Assembly: GCF_022846255.1 (NCBI RefSeq)
Contig: NZ_AP025682.1
DNA: 64,000 nucleotides
Reading direction: 5' to 3' (one strand)
Source: Escherichia coli
GTDB lineage: Bacteria; Pseudomonadota; Gammaproteobacteria; Enterobacterales; Enterobacteriaceae
Position numbers and translations under genes: made by a program. The notes beneath the pieces were generated by a model. The model did not search any database. It was not told where the DNA came from and worked only from the letters and a program-made list of their open reading frames with translations. Positions 14,483-31,121 of this stretch are shown here, piece after piece (position 1 is the stretch's first letter; the number at the start of each line of letters is the position of its first letter).

Positions 14483-14700
14483 GAAACCATCCTTCATTTC
14501 AGCGCGTGTATAAAACGCGCCCACTGAACTGCACTGCCCAACATTGAGCGGGCAGCGTAAAAACCAATACAGAATTGATACCTGGATGATATCAAATATC
14601 CAGTCTTAAATTGTGGCCTTTAGCGGAAAAATGAAAATATATGCTACAGAATGGCGCTTATCACGCCATTCTTCGCTGTTAATTCAGTAATTTTTCAGAA

Positions 14701-15678
14701 TTATGCCCGGTCAACGCTAAAGGCGATGACTTCAGCCAGTGTCTCCGCGCCCAGCGCCAACATCACCAGACGATCAACACCTAATGCCACGCCGGAACAG
14801 TCAGGCATACCGACTTTCAAGGCTTCAATCAGATTCTGGTCAATGGGGTGCTGCGGCAAACCGCGCGCCGCGCGCTTACGGTTATCTTGTTCAAAGCGTT
14901 GTTGCTGCTCACGGGCATCCGTCAATTCATGGAAACCATTCGCCAGCTCAATACCTTTATAATAAACCTCAAAGCGTTCAGCGACCCGATGATCTTCGGT
15001 ACTGATTTGCGCCAGTGATGCCTGGCTGGCTGGAAAGTGGTACACAAAGGTCGGTTTTTCTTTGCCAATATTTGGCTCTACGCCAAAGGTAAACAGCAAT
15101 TGTAGAAGCGTGTCTCGGTCTTCTTCAGTATCGGCAACGTTGCTCAAATCCAGTTTCGCTGCCACTTCCCGCAGTTGCGTTTTGTCGGCAGAGAGTGGGT
15201 CAATTTCCAGATAACGCAAGAAAGCTTGTTGATAAGAAAGGCTTTCTGCTGCCGGACAGTCCAGCACCTGTTGCAAAAGATCGTCCACCTCGTTCATCAA
15301 CCGGTACATATCATAGTGCGGTCGATACCACTCAAGCATAGTGAACTCAGGGTTGTGATAACGCCCCATCTCTTCATTACGGAAGCTGCGGCACAGCTGG
15401 AATACCGGCCCACAACCGGCAACCAGCAGGCGCTTCATATGGTATTCCGGGCTGGTCATTAACCAGAGATTCATCCCCTGCGAATGCCCGGGGCCAACGA
15501 AACGTGTCTCAAACGGGACCAAATGAATATCGGTTACCGTCGCCTGGCTCATACAAGGCGTCTCCACCTCCAGCACTCCACGATCGGCAAAGAAACGACG
15601 GATCTCCGCCATAATCGCCGCGCGTTTTAATAAGTTAGGAATGGATGCGCTCGGCTGCCAGGATGCCGTTTCGCTCAT
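14701..15678 (-). CDS. epmA: elongation factor P--(R)-beta-lysine ligase EpmA (PoxA/GenX), class II aaRS paralogue
   Basis: ORF track 14701..15723; product from [41 protein letters not shown]... (325 aa). Confidence 0.85.
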   Translation of the reverse strand: MSETASWQPSASIPNLLKRAAIMAEIRRFFADRGVLEVETPCMSQATVTDIHLVPFETRFVGPGHSQGMNLWLMTSPEYHMKRLLVAGCGPVFQLCRSFRNEEMGRYHNPEFTMLEWYRPHYDMYRLMNEVDDLLQQVLDCPAAESLSYQQAFLRYLEIDPLSADKTQLREVAAKLDLSNVADTEEDRDTLLQLLFTFGVEPNIGKEKPTFVYHFPASQASLAQISTEDHRVAERFEVYYKGIELANGFHELTDAREQQQRFEQDNRKRAARGLPQHPIDQNLIEALKVGMPDCSGVALGVDRLVMLALGAETLAEVIAFSVDRA

Positions 15679-16002
15679 AGTTAAATCTCCAGTTTTTGAC
15701 AAGGGCACGAAGTCTACTCGCAACGCGACGGCGAGACAAATTTTACGCAGGAATAAAACAACGGTGGGCAGTGACTAAAAAAAGCACGATCTGATGGTTT
15801 AGTAATTAAATTAATCATCTTCAGTGATAATTTAGCCCTCTCGCGCACTAAAAAAATCGATCTCGTCAAATTTCAGACTTATCCATCAGACTATACTGTT
15901 GTACCTATAAAGGAGCAGTGGAATAGCGTTCGCAGACCGTAACTTTCAGGCACTTACCCTGAAGTACGGGGCTGTGGGATAAAAACAATCTGGAGGAATG
16001 TC

Positions 16003-17803
16003 GTGCAAACCTTTCAAGCCGATCTTGCCATTGTAGGCGCCGGTGGCGCGGGATTACGTGCTGCAATTGCTGCCGCGCAGGCAAATCCAAATGCAAAAAT
16101 CGCACTAATCTCAAAAGTATACCCGATGCGTAGCCATACCGTTGCTGCAGAAGGGGGCTCCGCCGCTGTCGCGCAGGATCATGACAGCTTCGAATATCAC
16201 TTTCACGATACAGTAGCAGGTGGCGACTGGTTGTGTGAGCAGGATGTCGTGGATTATTTCGTCCACCACTGCCCAACCGAAATGACCCAACTGGAACTGT
16301 GGGGGTGCCCATGGAGCCGTCGCCCGGATGGTAGCGTCAACGTACGTCGCTTCGGCGGCATGAAAATCGAGCGCACCTGGTTCGCCGCCGATAAGACCGG
16401 CTTCCATATGCTGCACACGCTGTTCCAGACCTCTCTGCAATTCCCGCAGATCCAGCGTTTTGACGAACATTTCGTGCTGGATATTCTGGTTGATGATGGT
16501 CATGTTCGCGGCCTGGTAGCAATGAACATGATGGAAGGCACGCTGGTGCAGATCCGTGCTAACGCGGTCGTTATGGCTACCGGCGGTGCGGGTCGCGTTT
16601 ATCGTTACAACACCAACGGCGGCATCGTTACCGGTGACGGTATGGGTATGGCGCTAAGCCACGGCGTTCCGCTGCGTGACATGGAATTCGTTCAGTATCA
16701 CCCAACCGGCCTACCAGGTTCCGGTATCCTGATGACCGAAGGCTGCCGCGGTGAAGGTGGTATTCTGGTCAACAAAAATGGCTACCGTTATCTGCAAGAT
16801 TACGGCATGGGCCCGGAAACTCCGCTGGGCGAGCCGAAAAACAAATATATGGAACTGGGTCCACGCGACAAAGTTTCTCAGGCCTTCTGGCACGAATGGC
16901 GTAAAGGCAACACCATCTCCACGCCACGTGGCGATGTGGTTTACCTCGACCTGCGTCACCTCGGCGAGAAAAAACTGCATGAACGTCTGCCGTTCATCTG
17001 CGAACTGGCGAAAGCGTACGTTGGCGTCGATCCGGTTAAAGAACCGATTCCGGTACGTCCGACCGCACACTACACCATGGGCGGTATCGAAACCGATCAG
17101 AACTGTGAAACCCGCATTAAAGGTCTGTTCGCCGTGGGTGAATGTTCCTCTGTTGGTCTGCACGGTGCGAACCGTCTGGGCTCCAACTCGCTGGCGGAAC
17201 TGGTGGTCTTCGGTCGTCTGGCCGGTGAACAAGCGACAGAGCGTGCAGCAACTGCCGGTAATGGCAACGAAGCGGCAATTGAAGCGCAGGCAGCTGGCGT
17301 TGAACAACGTCTGAAAGATCTGGTTAACCAGGATGGCGGCGAAAACTGGGCTAAGATCCGCGACGAAATGGGCATGGCCATGGAAGAAGGTTGCGGTATC
17401 TACCGTACGCCGGAACTGATGCAGAAAACCATCGACAAGCTGGCAGAGCTGCAGGAACGCTTCAAGCGCGTGCGCATCACCGACACTTCCAGCGTGTTCA
17501 ACACCGACCTGCTCTACACCATTGAGCTGGGCCACGGTCTGAACGTTGCTGAATGTATGGCGCACTCCGCAATGGCACGTAAAGAGTCCCGCGGCGCGCA
17601 CCAGCGTCTGGACGAAGGTTGCACCGAGCGTGACGACGTCAACTTCCTCAAACACACCCTCGCCTTCCGCGATGCTGATGGCACGACTCGCCTGGAGTAC
17701 AGCGACGTGAAGATTACTACGCTGCCGCCAGCTAAACGTGTTTACGGTGGCGAAGCGGATGCAGCCGATAAGGCGGAAGCAGCCAATAAGAAGGAGAAGG
17801 CGA

Positions 17804-17811
<8 letters not shown>
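16003..17811 (+). CDS. frdA: fumarate reductase flavoprotein subunit
   Basis: 602-aa ORF, GTG start, [29 protein letters not shown]-binding N-terminus. Confidence 0.93.
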
Positions 17812-18944
<1,133 letters not shown>

Positions 18945-18954
18945 GGAGCCTGAG

Positions 18955-20510
<1,556 letters not shown>

Positions 20511-20598
20511 AATTTCATCGGGTCCGAATTTTTGGACCTTTTCTCCGCTTTTCCTTGCTGTCATCTACACTTAGAAAAAAACCAGTAAGGAAACATTT

Positions 20599-21132
20599 AT
20601 GCGCCTGCTCCCTCTCGTTGCCGCAGCGACAGCTGCATTTCTGGTCGTTGCCTGCAGTTCTCCTACGCCGCCCCGTGGCGTGACCGTAGTGAATAATTTC
20701 GATGCTAAACGCTATCTCGGTACCTGGTATGAGATTGCCCGTTTTGATCACCGTTTTGAACGTGGACTGGAAAAAGTCACCGCAACATACAGCCTGCGTG
20801 ATGACGGCGGCCTGAATGTCATTAATAAAGGCTATAACCCTGACAGAGAAATGTGGCAACAGAGTGAAGGGAAAGCGTACTTTACCGGCGCACCAACTCG
20901 CGCTGCGCTGAAAGTGTCATTCTTTGGTCCTTTCTATGGCGGTTATAACGTTATTGCACTCGATCGGGAATACCGCCATGCGCTGGTTTGCGGTCCGGAC
21001 CGCGACTACCTGTGGATACTCTCCCGCACGCCAACCATTTCTGACGAAGTGAAACAGGAGATGCTGGCAGTCGCGACCCGGGAAGGGTTTGATGTCAGTA
21101 AGTTTATTTGGGTACAGCAGCCCGGTAGTTAG
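20599..21132 (+). CDS. blc: outer membrane lipoprotein Blc (bacterial lipocalin)
   Basis: 177-aa ORF with lipobox LVVAC and lipocalin signature (GTWYEIARFDHRFERG). Confidence 0.9.
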   Translation: MRLLPLVAAATAAFLVVACSSPTPPRGVTVVNNFDAKRYLGTWYEIARFDHRFERGLEKVTATYSLRDDGGLNVINKGYNPDREMWQQSEGKAYFTGAPTRAALKVSFFGPFYGGYNVIALDREYRHALVCGPDRDYLWILSRTPTISDEVKQEMLAVATREGFDVSKFIWVQQPGS

Positions 21133-21450
21133 TTAGTGAGTGCTGAGTTTCAGACCAATAATCCCCAATACGATTAACGCCAGACTCGCCAGGCGCATCG
21201 GGTTAGCGGACTCGCCGAGCAGCACAATGCCGGTGATGGCCGCGCCGACTGCGCCAATACCCGTCCACACGGCATAAGCCGTCCCTACTGGTAACGATTT
21301 CATCGCCCAGGCAAGTAGCGCCATACTGACAATCATCGCCGTCACAGTAATAACACTTGGCGTCAAACGACTAAAGCCGTGGGTATATTTCAGGCCAACG
21401 GCCCATACCACTTCCAGCAGGCCAGCAATAACTAAGATAATCCAGGACAT
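21133..21450 (-). CDS. gdx: guanidinium exporter Gdx (SugE), SMR family
   Basis: ORF track 21133..21513; 105-aa 4-TM product from [26 protein letters not shown]... Confidence 0.88.
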   Translation of the reverse strand: MSWIILVIAGLLEVVWAVGLKYTHGFSRLTPSVITVTAMIVSMALLAWAMKSLPVGTAYAVWTGIGAVGAAITGIVLLGESANPMRLASLALIVLGIIGLKLSTH

Positions 21451-21465
21451 ATCAGGCTCCGGAGA

Positions 21466-21516
21466 ATTGGGGCCGTCCCCGGTGAAAAGAGGCGTTTGCA
21501 GGTCGTCCTGCAAAGC
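21466..21516 (-). promoter_or_regulatory. guanidine-II (mini-ykkC) riboswitch in the gdx leader
   Basis: Two hairpins with ACGR loops on the gdx-sense strand: TTTGCAGG-ACGA-CCTGCAAA and GGGG-ACGG-CCCC, just upstream of the gdx start. Confidence 0.65.
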
Positions 21517-21624
21517 TGATGGTTGAACGGATATTTTGCCAGGTGGCAGGGGAATTTCAACTATTACCTTTGTGACTATCGCAAAAAAACAAACGGCACG
21601 ACATAACTGTCGTACCGTTATTGC

Positions 21625-21771
21625 TTACTGCTGCGCTTTCGTTGCTGCGCCAGAAATCGCGTTACCGCCATCAGAAATGTCTTCACCAACGCCACGCGTG
21701 GTGTTGCAGGCAGTTAATACTGTTGAAAGCACCAGAACAGAAAAGATCGCTGCAATTGTCTTCTTCACCAT
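21625..21771 (-). CDS. ecnB: entericidin B lipoprotein (48 aa)
   Basis: Hand translation [48 protein letters not shown] with lipobox LTAC; below the 60-aa ORF-track cutoff. Confidence 0.75.
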
Positions 21772-21882
21772 AACGTCTTCCTTTTAGGTAATGTTATTTA
21801 TGTTTGCCTATAGCAAATTAATAATAGACAACATCACCAAAAATGATGGAAATCTGATGATTTTTCGGAGGAGAAGAAAAAA

Positions 21883-22008
21883 TTAGCTGGCAGCGCGGGA
21901 GATGGAGTTGCCGAGATGTTTGATATCTTCGCCGAAACCGCGAGCGGTGTTACAGCCCGTGAGCAGCGCGCTGGCAAGCAAAACAAGAACGATAAGGCGT
22001 TTCATCAT
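21883..22008 (-). CDS. ecnA: entericidin A lipoprotein (41 aa)
   Basis: Hand translation MMKRLIVLVLLASALLTGCNTARGFGEDIKHLGNSISRAAS with lipobox LTGC. Confidence 0.75.
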   Translation of the reverse strand: MMKRLIVLVLLASALLTGCNTARGFGEDIKHLGNSISRAAS

Positions 22009-22059
22009 CTCTGACCTGAAAAAGTGATGGTGCAGCCTGCAGGCCGCACCACAACCGCA

Positions 22060-22626
22060 TTACTTCACGCGAGAGACGTATTCACCAGAGCGGGTATCCA
22101 CTTTGATGACTTCGCCGATCTGTACGAACAGCGGAACTTTAACCACAGCGCCAGTAGACAGGGTAGCCGGTTTGCCGCCAGTACCTGCGGTATCACCTTT
22201 CAGGCCCGGATCGGTATCAACGATTTCCAGTTCAACGAAGTTCGGCGGAGTAACGGAGATCGGCTGACCATTCCACAGAGTTACGATACACTCTGCCTGA
22301 TCCAGCAACCATTTAGCGTTGTCGCCAATTGCTTTTGCATCAGCAGACAGCTGCTCGAAAGTTTCGTTGTTCATGAAGTGCCAGAACTCACCGTCGTTGT
22401 ACAGGTAAGTCAGGTTCATATCGACAACATCAGCGCCTTCAGCGGAATCAGTAGATTTGAAGGTTTTTTCTACGCGAGTACCGGTCAGCAGACGACGCAG
22501 TTTAACGCGAGCAAATGCCTGGCCTTTACCCGGTTTTACGAATTCACTCGCTTCAACCGCGTAAGGTTCGCCGTCTAACATGATTTTAAGACCAGCACGA
22601 AAATCGTTGCTATAGTACGTTGCCAT
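22060..22626 (-). CDS. efp: translation elongation factor P
   Basis: 188-aa [50 protein letters not shown]... Confidence 0.93.
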
Positions 22627-22667
22627 AAGGCCCTCTGAAATTTGTTAATTGGTAGCTAAGCCACAAA

Positions 22668-23696
22668 ATGGCGCATATTGTAACCCTAAATACCCCATCC
22701 AGAGAAGATTGGTTAACGCAACTTGCCGATGTTGTGACCGATCCTGATGAACTTCTGCGTCTTTTGAATATAGACGCGGACGAAAAACTGTTGGCCGGAC
22801 GCAGCGCCAAAAAGCTGTTTGCCCTGCGTGTGCCCCGCTCATTTATCGATCGCATGGAGAAAGGCAATCCGGACGATCCTCTTTTGCGTCAGGTACTTAC
22901 CTCGCAAGATGAGTTTGTCGTCGCGCCCGGATTCTCCACCGACCCGCTGGAAGAACAGCATAGCGTAGTGCCTGGTTTGTTGCATAAATACCACAACCGG
23001 GCGCTTTTGCTGGTCAAAGGCGGCTGCGCGGTAAATTGCCGCTATTGCTTCCGTCGCCACTTCCCCTATGCCGAAAATCAGGGCAACAAGCGTAACTGGC
23101 AGACTGCACTTGAGTATGTTGCTGCGCATCCGGAACTGGACGAGATGATTTTCTCCGGCGGCGATCCGCTGATGGCGAAAGATCACGAGCTGGACTGGTT
23201 GCTCACACAACTGGAAGCCATCCCGCATATCAAACGTCTGCGGATTCACAGCCGTCTGCCGATTGTGATCCCGGCACGCATCACAGATGCGCTGGTTGAA
23301 CGCTTTTCTCATTCTACGCTGCAAATCTTGCTGGTGAATCACATCAACCATGCCAATGAGGTAGATGAAACATTCCGTCAGGCGATGGCTAAGTTGCGCC
23401 GGGTGGGCGTTACTTTGCTGAACCAGAGCGTTCTGTTACGTGGTGTGAACGATAACGCGCAAACGCTGGCAAACCTGAGTAATGCGTTGTTCGATGCGGG
23501 CGTGATGCCGTATTACCTGCATGTGCTCGATAAAGTACAGGGCGCGGCGCATTTTATGGTGAGTGATGACGAAGCACGGCAGATTATGCGTGAGTTGCTG
23601 ACACTGGTGTCGGGATATCTGGTGCCTAAACTGGCGCGAGAAATTGGCGGCGAACCCAGCAAAACGCCCCTGGATCTCCAGCTACGCCAGCAGTAA
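22668..23696 (+). CDS. epmB: EF-P beta-lysylation protein EpmB (YjeK), lysine 2,3-aminomutase-like radical SAM enzyme
   Basis: 342-aa ORF with radical-SAM CxxxCxxC (CAVNCRYCFRRH); divergent from efp. Confidence 0.88.
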   Translation: MAHIVTLNTPSREDWLTQLADVVTDPDELLRLLNIDADEKLLAGRSAKKLFALRVPRSFIDRMEKGNPDDPLLRQVLTSQDEFVVAPGFSTDPLEEQHSVVPGLLHKYHNRALLLVKGGCAVNCRYCFRRHFPYAENQGNKRNWQTALEYVAAHPELDEMIFSGGDPLMAKDHELDWLLTQLEAIPHIKRLRIHSRLPIVIPARITDALVERFSHSTLQILLVNHINHANEVDETFRQAMAKLRRVGVTLLNQSVLLRGVNDNAQTLANLSNALFDAGVMPYYLHVLDKVQGAAHFMVSDDEARQIMRELLTLVSGYLVPKLAREIGGEPSKTPLDLQLRQQ

Positions 23697-23930
23697 CTGA
23701 TTAAACAGGGAAGTTTAATCTTTGCACGTTGCATAACCTTTAATTATTCATATACATTGCTGTTATTACTTTTTATATAACCAACACCAATAATTAACCT
23801 TTCTTTTCTGTTTATATAGAGTGAGCACGGCTATTTATGTTATTTTAACAACTATTACTACCAAGCCCATTTATCTGGCTTATAAACTAAAATTAATTAT
23901 TTAATTGAGAAATGGTTAGGGAGAACCTAC

Positions 23931-24800
23931 ATGGCTATAAGCATCAAGGGTGTTAATACCGGTGTTATTCGCAAGAGTAATAATTTCATTGCACTGGCGC
24001 TGAAAATTAAAGAACCTCGCAATAAAGAATCGTTGTTCTTTATGTCTGCCATGGAATTGCGCGACCTTCTGATTGCGCTGGAAAGTCGTCTGCATCAAAA
24101 GCATAAACTGGATGCTGCTGCACGCCTTCAGTATGAACAAGCTCGCGATAAAGTCATTAAGAAAATGGCAGAAAATATCCCAGAAATTCTGGTTGATGAG
24201 CTTAAAAATGCCGATATTAATCGTCGGATTAACACGCTGGAACTTACCGATGATCAGGGCGAAAATCTTACCTTCGTATTAACGCTACATGACGGTAGCA
24301 AATGTGAGTTAGTCGTCAATGAGTTGCAGATTGAAATGCTGGCGCGAGCAATCATTCATGCAATTAATAATGCGGAAATGCGTGAACTGGCATTACGTAT
24401 TACCTCACTGTTAGATTTCCTGCCGTTATACGACGTTGACTGCCAGGAAAATGGCAATCTGGAATATGACACCTATTCCCAACCGGAATGGAAACATAAC
24501 TTGTTCAACCATTATCTGGCGGTGCTTTACCGCTTTAAAGATGAAAGTGGCAATGAACAATTTAGCGGCGCAGTGGTGAAAACGCGTGAAGCAACACCGG
24601 GTAAAGAAGTGGAGGCGATCACTCGCCGAATGCTTGATTTCAGCCCCCGACTGAAAAAACTCGCGGGTGTGCCATGTCAGGTCTATGTTCGCACCGTAGC
24701 GGCAAATAACGCCCAACCGCTAACCCAGGATCAATGCTTACGCGCGCTGCATCACTTACGTGTTCAATCCACCAGCAAAACTGCACCACAGGCGAAATAA
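23931..24800 (+). CDS. yjeJ: uncharacterized protein YjeJ
   Basis: 289-aa ORF preceded by AT-rich intergenic region; conserved position between epmB and yjeI. Confidence 0.6.
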   Translation: MAISIKGVNTGVIRKSNNFIALALKIKEPRNKESLFFMSAMELRDLLIALESRLHQKHKLDAAARLQYEQARDKVIKKMAENIPEILVDELKNADINRRINTLELTDDQGENLTFVLTLHDGSKCELVVNELQIEMLARAIIHAINNAEMRELALRITSLLDFLPLYDVDCQENGNLEYDTYSQPEWKHNLFNHYLAVLYRFKDESGNEQFSGAVVKTREATPGKEVEAITRRMLDFSPRLKKLAGVPCQVYVRTVAANNAQPLTQDQCLRALHHLRVQSTSKTAPQAK

Positions 24801-24849
24801 TCTCATCTGTTTTACTACGAGGCTGGAAGTATCCAGCCTCTGGATCACA

Positions 24850-25203
24850 TCAGTTCGGGCACTTATAAACCTGACCGATAATCTGGCTATCCGTCGGGAC
24901 AAAACTGGACAACATTCCCTGCGACGGGCTGCTGATGCCATAAATCACGTTACCGCCCATTGCAGCCGCCTGGTTGCGCAGATCGTTTGCTGCGCCGCGC
25001 ATAGAACCGCCTTCTTCTCCGTGTTGCCCGGAAAGCCAGTTGCTTTGCTTACCTGTCGCAGTACCAATCAGCTGGCACTCTGCACCTGGTTGCTCGTCCA
25101 CAATGCGTACACTCTGACCGGCAGCACTCAATTCGTTGCTGGAGCTACAACCCGCCATCAGTAGCGCGGCACCGACAATCCCTGCTAAGTATTTTACGTG
25201 CAT
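24850..25203 (-). CDS. yjeI: putative lipoprotein YjeI
   Basis: ORF track 24850..25236; start chosen at MHVKYLAGIVGAALLMAGCSS (lipobox LMAGC). Confidence 0.6.
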   Translation of the reverse strand: MHVKYLAGIVGAALLMAGCSSSNELSAAGQSVRIVDEQPGAECQLIGTATGKQSNWLSGQHGEEGGSMRGAANDLRNQAAAMGGNVIYGISSPSQGMLSSFVPTDSQIIGQVYKCPN

Positions 25204-25340
25204 GTTATTCCCCATAATCAATGAGCTGGACGCCACTCGCGTCGTCCGTGTCTGAATCTTATACTAGAAAGATGACCAAAAGAAAAACCCCCAGACATTT
25301 CTGCCCGGGGGTTTGTTTATTTCTGCGAGGTGCAGGGCAA

Positions 25341-26999
<1,659 letters not shown>

Positions 27000-27030
27000 T
27001 TAAATTCGTATGTTCAGTGTCGTGCGCGGA

Positions 27031-27375
<345 letters not shown>

Positions 27376-27399
27376 TTACGTGGTTTCCCGGCTGGTGAC

Positions 27400-27440
27400 C
27401 AGAGAAATGGGGATGAGGCTTCGCCCCTTCAAGGGGGAAA
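27400..27440 (-). promoter_or_regulatory. sigma-32 heat-shock promoter of groSL
   Basis: On the groS-sense strand: CCCCCTTGAA (-35) ... CCCCATTTC (-10), ~80 bp upstream of groS ATG. Confidence 0.6.
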
Positions 27441-27599
27441 AAGAAAAAAAATTCTGATCAGCACAAAATCGGGTGAAAACCCTGATTCACCTCACATTTC
27501 ATCGCAATTTCTTCATCACCGTCATAAGCGAATCTGATTGTGCTACCATCGAAAATCTACGCAGTTGCCCATAATTTGGGCGCAATCGGACATCAACCC

Positions 27600-28856
27600 A
27601 TGAGTGGACTCAAACAAGAACTGGGGCTGGCACAGGGCATTGGCCTGCTATCGACGTCATTATTAGGCACCGGCGTGTTTGCCGTTCCTGCGTTAGCTGC
27701 ACTGGTAGCAGGCAATAACAGCCTGTGGGCGTGGCCCGTTTTGATTATCTTAGTGTTCCCGATTGCGATTGTGTTTGCGATTCTGGGTCGCCACTATCCC
27801 AGCGCAGGCGGTGTCGCGCACTTCGTCGGTATGGCGTTTGGTTCGCGGATTGAGCGAGTCACCGGCTGGCTGTTTTTATCGGTCATTCCCGTGGGTTTGC
27901 CTGCCGCACTACAAATTGCAGCCGGATTCGGCCAGGCAATGTTTGGCTGGAATAGCTGGCAACTGTTGTTGGCAGAACTCGGTACGCTGGCGTTGGTGTG
28001 GTATATCGGTACTCGCGGTGCCAGTTCCAGTGCTAATCTACAAACCGTTATTGCCGGACTTATCGTCGCGCTGATTGTCGCTATCTGGTGGGCGGGCGAT
28101 ATCAAACCTGCGAATATCCCCTTCCCTGCGCCAGGAAATATCGAACTTACCGGGTTATTTGCTGCGTTATCAGTGATGTTCTGGTGTTTTGTCGGTCTGG
28201 AAGCATTTGCCCATCTTGCCTCGGAATTTAAAAATCCAGAGCGTGATTTTCCTCGTGCTTTGATGATTGGTCTGCTGCTGGCAGGATTAGTCTACTGGGG
28301 CTGTACGGTAGTCGTCTTACACTTCGACGCCTATGGTGAACAAATGGCCGCGGCAGCATCGCTTCCAAAAATTGTAGTGCTGTTGTTCGGTGTAGGAGCG
28401 TTATGGATTGCCTGCGTGATTGGCTATCTGGCCTGCTTTGCCAGTCTCAACATTTATATACAGAGCTTCGCCCGCCTGGTCTGGTCGCAGGCGCAACATA
28501 ATCCTGACCACTACCTGGCACGCCTCTCTTCTCGTCATATCCCGAATAATGCCCTCAATGCGGTGCTCGGCTGCTGCGTGGTGAGCACGCTGGTGATTCA
28601 TGCTTTAGGGATCAATCTGGACGCACTTATCATCTATGCCAATGGCATCTTTATTATGATTTATCTGTTATGCATGCTGGCAGGCTGTAAATTATTGCAA
28701 GGACGTTATCGACTACTGGCGGTGGTTGGCGGGCTGTTATGCGTTCTGTTACTGGCAATGGTCGGCTGGAAAAGTCTCTATGCGCTAATCATGCTGGCGG
28801 GGTTATGGCTGTTTCTGCCAAAACGAAAAACGCCGGAAAATGGCATAACCACATAA
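27600..28856 (+). CDS. yjeH: amino acid exporter YjeH (APC superfamily)
   Basis: ORF track 27540..28856; polytopic membrane protein; start chosen at MSGLKQELGLAQGIGLLSTSLLGTGVF (418 aa). Confidence 0.8.
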   Translation: MSGLKQELGLAQGIGLLSTSLLGTGVFAVPALAALVAGNNSLWAWPVLIILVFPIAIVFAILGRHYPSAGGVAHFVGMAFGSRIERVTGWLFLSVIPVGLPAALQIAAGFGQAMFGWNSWQLLLAELGTLALVWYIGTRGASSSANLQTVIAGLIVALIVAIWWAGDIKPANIPFPAPGNIELTGLFAALSVMFWCFVGLEAFAHLASEFKNPERDFPRALMIGLLLAGLVYWGCTVVVLHFDAYGEQMAAAASLPKIVVLLFGVGALWIACVIGYLACFASLNIYIQSFARLVWSQAQHNPDHYLARLSSRHIPNNALNAVLGCCVVSTLVIHALGINLDALIIYANGIFIMIYLLCMLAGCKLLQGRYRLLAVVGGLLCVLLLAMVGWKSLYALIMLAGLWLFLPKRKTPENGITT

Positions 28857-28871
28857 TCCGGCGTTTCGACA

Positions 28872-29348
28872 TTAATCCTGGCGATCGTCTTTATGATCAA
28901 GGCGGTCGTGGTCATCATCCTTTCGCTGGTACTCACCATCAAAAGTATTACCGCCACCGGTCCCGGCGCTAAAACCGCCGCCTGGCATGCGAGAAAAGCG
29001 CAAATGCGGCATCAACTTCACTGTCAGATGCTTTTGCACCGGCGGCAATAAAAGCAGAAGACCGAGGAAGTCGGTGAAAAAGCCAGGTAATAAAAGCAGC
29101 AAACCGGCAATGATCAGCGAAACACTTTTAATCATCTCCGCCGCTGGGTTTTCACCCGCCGCCATTTTTTGCTGCATCAGCACGAAATTCTTAAAGCCCT
29201 GGTTGCGTACCAGTGACATACCGATAACTGACGTGAATATAACCAGCACGAGGGTCAGCAATACCCCCAATACATGGGCAACCTGAATAAAGATTGAAAT
29301 CTCAATATAGACATAAAGGAAAATGGCAATAAAAGGTAACCAGCGCAA
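28872..29348 (-). CDS. fxsA: inner membrane protein FxsA
   Basis: 158-aa ORF MRWLPFIAIFLYVYIEISIFIQVAHVLGVLLTLVLVIF... Confidence 0.82.
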   Translation of the reverse strand: MRWLPFIAIFLYVYIEISIFIQVAHVLGVLLTLVLVIFTSVIGMSLVRNQGFKNFVLMQQKMAAGENPAAEMIKSVSLIIAGLLLLLPGFFTDFLGLLLLLPPVQKHLTVKLMPHLRFSRMPGGGFSAGTGGGNTFDGEYQRKDDDHDRLDHKDDRQD

Positions 29349-29684
29349 AGGTTTCTCCTGTAATAGCAGCCGGTTAACCCCGGCTACCTGAATGGGTTGC
29401 GAATCGCGTTCAGCTTATATTGTGGTCATTAGCAAAATTTCAAGATGTTTGCGCAACTATTTTTGGTAGTAATCCCAAAGCGGTGATCTATTTCACAAAT
29501 TAATAATTAAGGGGTAAAAACCGGCACTTAAAGTGATCCAGATTACGGTAGAAATCCTCAAGCAGCATATGATCTCGGGTATTCGGTCGATGCAGGGGAT
29601 AATCGTCGGTCGAAAAACATTCGAAACCACATATATTCTGTGTGTTTAAAGCAAATCATTGGCAGCTTGAAAAAGAAGGTTCAC

Positions 29685-31121
29685 ATGTCAAACAACATTC
29701 GTATCGAAGAAGATCTGTTGGGTACCAGGGAAGTTCCAGCTGATGCCTACTATGGTGTTCACACTCTGAGAGCGATTGAAAACTTCTATATCAGCAACAA
29801 CAAAATCAGTGATATTCCTGAATTTGTTCGCGGTATGGTAATGGTTAAAAAAGCCGCAGCTATGGCAAACAAAGAGCTGCAAACCATTCCTAAAAGTGTA
29901 GCGAATGCCATCATTGCCGCATGTGATGAAGTCCTGAACAACGGAAAATGCATGGATCAGTTCCCGGTAGACGTCTACCAGGGCGGCGCAGGTACTTCCG
30001 TAAACATGAACACCAACGAAGTGCTGGCCAATATCGGTCTGGAACTGATGGGTCACCAGAAAGGTGAATATCAGTACCTGAACCCGAACGACCATGTTAA
30101 CAAATGTCAGTCCACTAACGACGCCTACCCGACCGGTTTCCGTATCGCAGTTTACTCTTCCCTGATTAAGCTGGTAGATGCGATTAACCAACTGCGTGAA
30201 GGCTTTGAACGTAAAGCTGTCGAATTCCAGGACATCCTGAAAATGGGTCGTACACAGCTGCAGGACGCAGTACCGATGACCCTCGGCCAGGAATTCCGCG
30301 CTTTCAGCATCCTGCTGAAAGAAGAAGTGAAAAACATCCAACGTACCGCTGAACTGCTGCTGGAAGTTAACCTTGGCGCAACAGCAATCGGTACTGGTCT
30401 GAACACGCCGAAAGAGTACTCTCCGCTGGCAGTGAAAAAACTGGCTGAAGTCACTGGCTTCCCATGCGTACCGGCTGAAGACCTGATCGAAGCGACCTCT
30501 GACTGCGGCGCTTATGTTATGGTTCACGGCGCGCTGAAACGCCTGGCTGTGAAGATGTCCAAAATCTGTAACGACCTGCGCTTGCTCTCTTCTGGTCCAC
30601 GTGCCGGCCTGAACGAGATCAACCTGCCGGAACTGCAAGCGGGCTCTTCCATCATGCCAGCTAAAGTAAACCCGGTTGTTCCGGAAGTGGTTAACCAGGT
30701 ATGCTTCAAAGTCATCGGTAACGACACCACTGTTACCATGGCAGCAGAAGCAGGTCAGCTGCAGTTGAACGTTATGGAGCCGGTCATTGGCCAGGCCATG
30801 TTTGAATCCGTTCACATTCTGACCAACGCTTGCTACAACCTGCTGGAAAAATGCATTAACGGCATCACTGCTAACAAAGAAGTGTGCGAAGGTTACGTTT
30901 ACAACTCTATCGGTATCGTTACTTACCTGAACCCGTTCATCGGTCACCACAACGGTGACATCGTGGGTAAAATCTGTGCCGAAACCGGTAAGAGTGTACG
31001 TGAAGTCGTTCTGGAACGCGGTCTGTTGACTGAAGCGGAACTTGACGATATTTTCTCCGTACAGAATCTGATGCACCCGGCTTACAAAGCAAAACGCTAT
31101 ACTGATGAAAGCGAACAGTAA
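29685..31121 (+). CDS. aspA: aspartate ammonia-lyase
   Basis: ORF track 29640..31121; product from [34 protein letters not shown]...; fumarase/aspartase family signature [12 protein letters not shown]. Confidence 0.93.

Noticed and set aside
16711-17655. 314-aa minus-strand ORF antisense to frdA
   Set aside because: Shadow ORF inside the strongly supported frdA.
21625-21771. Apparent 1-nt insertion/frameshift in ecnB
   Set aside because: It arose from my own mis-transcription across a line break. The overlapping plus-strand track ORF (21536..21787) translates continuously through the site, and re-reading gives the intact 48-aa EcnB with lipobox.
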